64,000 nucleotides of DNA from an uncultured Bacilli bacterium (GTDB lineage Bacteria; Bacillota_I; Bacilli_A; RF39; UBA660). The position numbers and the translations under genes were made by a program. The stretch is taken from the NCBI GenBank assembly GCA_947589275.1, contig CANQAQ010000001.1:4884-68883 (forward strand). The letters run 5' to 3'. Position 1 is the stretch's first letter; each line of letters opens with the position of its first letter. Positions 63,586-64,000 of the stretch are shown one piece after another. The notes beneath the pieces were generated by a model. It did no database searches and was not told the origin of the DNA. It worked only from the letters and a program-made list of their open reading frames with translations.

Positions 63586-64000
63586 TGAATTATGCTGATT
63601 TATTTTTAAGTGCTATAATAACAGCAATAGGGACGCATTTTACGTTATTAAATATAGCATCTTTGAACAATGATGAAAAAACTAATATAAATATTCCAAA
63701 GTTTGTATTTTCAATTATGATTATGTCTATATTAGTCATATTAAATAAATTGTTTTTTGTAGATATTAATAAATTAGTATTGAGCTCTTTAATAATTATA
63801 ATAATTGCATTTTATACTATTTTTAATAAAGATATAGTTAAATCAATATTTTATGGATTAATTTTTATTATTTTTAATATAATAATTGAAGTAACTGTTT
63901 CATTAATATTCTTGATATTTTTTAAATATAGTATAGATATTTATAACGATTTAAATTTTTCTATGAGTATATTTTCAACAGGAACTATTCTAATATTATT
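63586..64000 (+). CDS. polytopic membrane protein, probably the AgrC/LytS-like sensor histidine kinase partner (N-terminal part; truncated by the window end)
   Basis: AAAGGAGTG ribosome-binding site, start 2 bp after the response regulator stop, and at least 4 predicted transmembrane helices. No kinase domain falls inside the window. Confidence 0.45.

Overview
This window is an AT-rich (roughly 25% GC by eye) chromosomal stretch around the replication origin of an endospore-forming Firmicute. Almost everything is core housekeeping. Gene order follows the Bacillus subtilis origin-proximal map, but compacted: rpoB, ybxB, rplL-rplJ-rplA-rplK-nusG-secE, sigH, rlmB-mrnC, divIC-yabQ-yabP, spoVG, veg-yabG-ksgA, tatD-metG, spoVT-mfd-pth, rsmI-yabB-yaaT-holB, recR-ybaB-dnaX, tadA, gyrA-gyrB-recF, dnaN-dnaA, oriC, then rpmH-rnpA-yidC-jag-mnmE-mnmG-rsmG-parB, argS-rpoE-prfA-prmC, and spoIIR, murA, spoIID, a spoIIQ-like gene, spoIIID, mbl. 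No prophage, IS element, CRISPR array or recognisable defence island is visible. The non-routine items are: an uncharacterised two-gene envelope module with an upstream leader peptide inside the sporulation cluster (53.4-55.9 kb); a ComK-family gene inserted between recF and dnaN, plus a solo type IV pilin; a pair of 21-bp CACGTG-core palindromes in front of dnaX; a small-type SRP RNA that the ORF track reads as an N-terminal extension of tadA; two unknown proteins flanking ybxB between rplL and rpoB; an orphan ParB with an atypical C-terminus and no ParA; gpsA inserted into the mnmE-mnmG operon; and a LytTR two-component system at the window end. All calls come from reading the translations and DNA motifs by eye; no database search was run.
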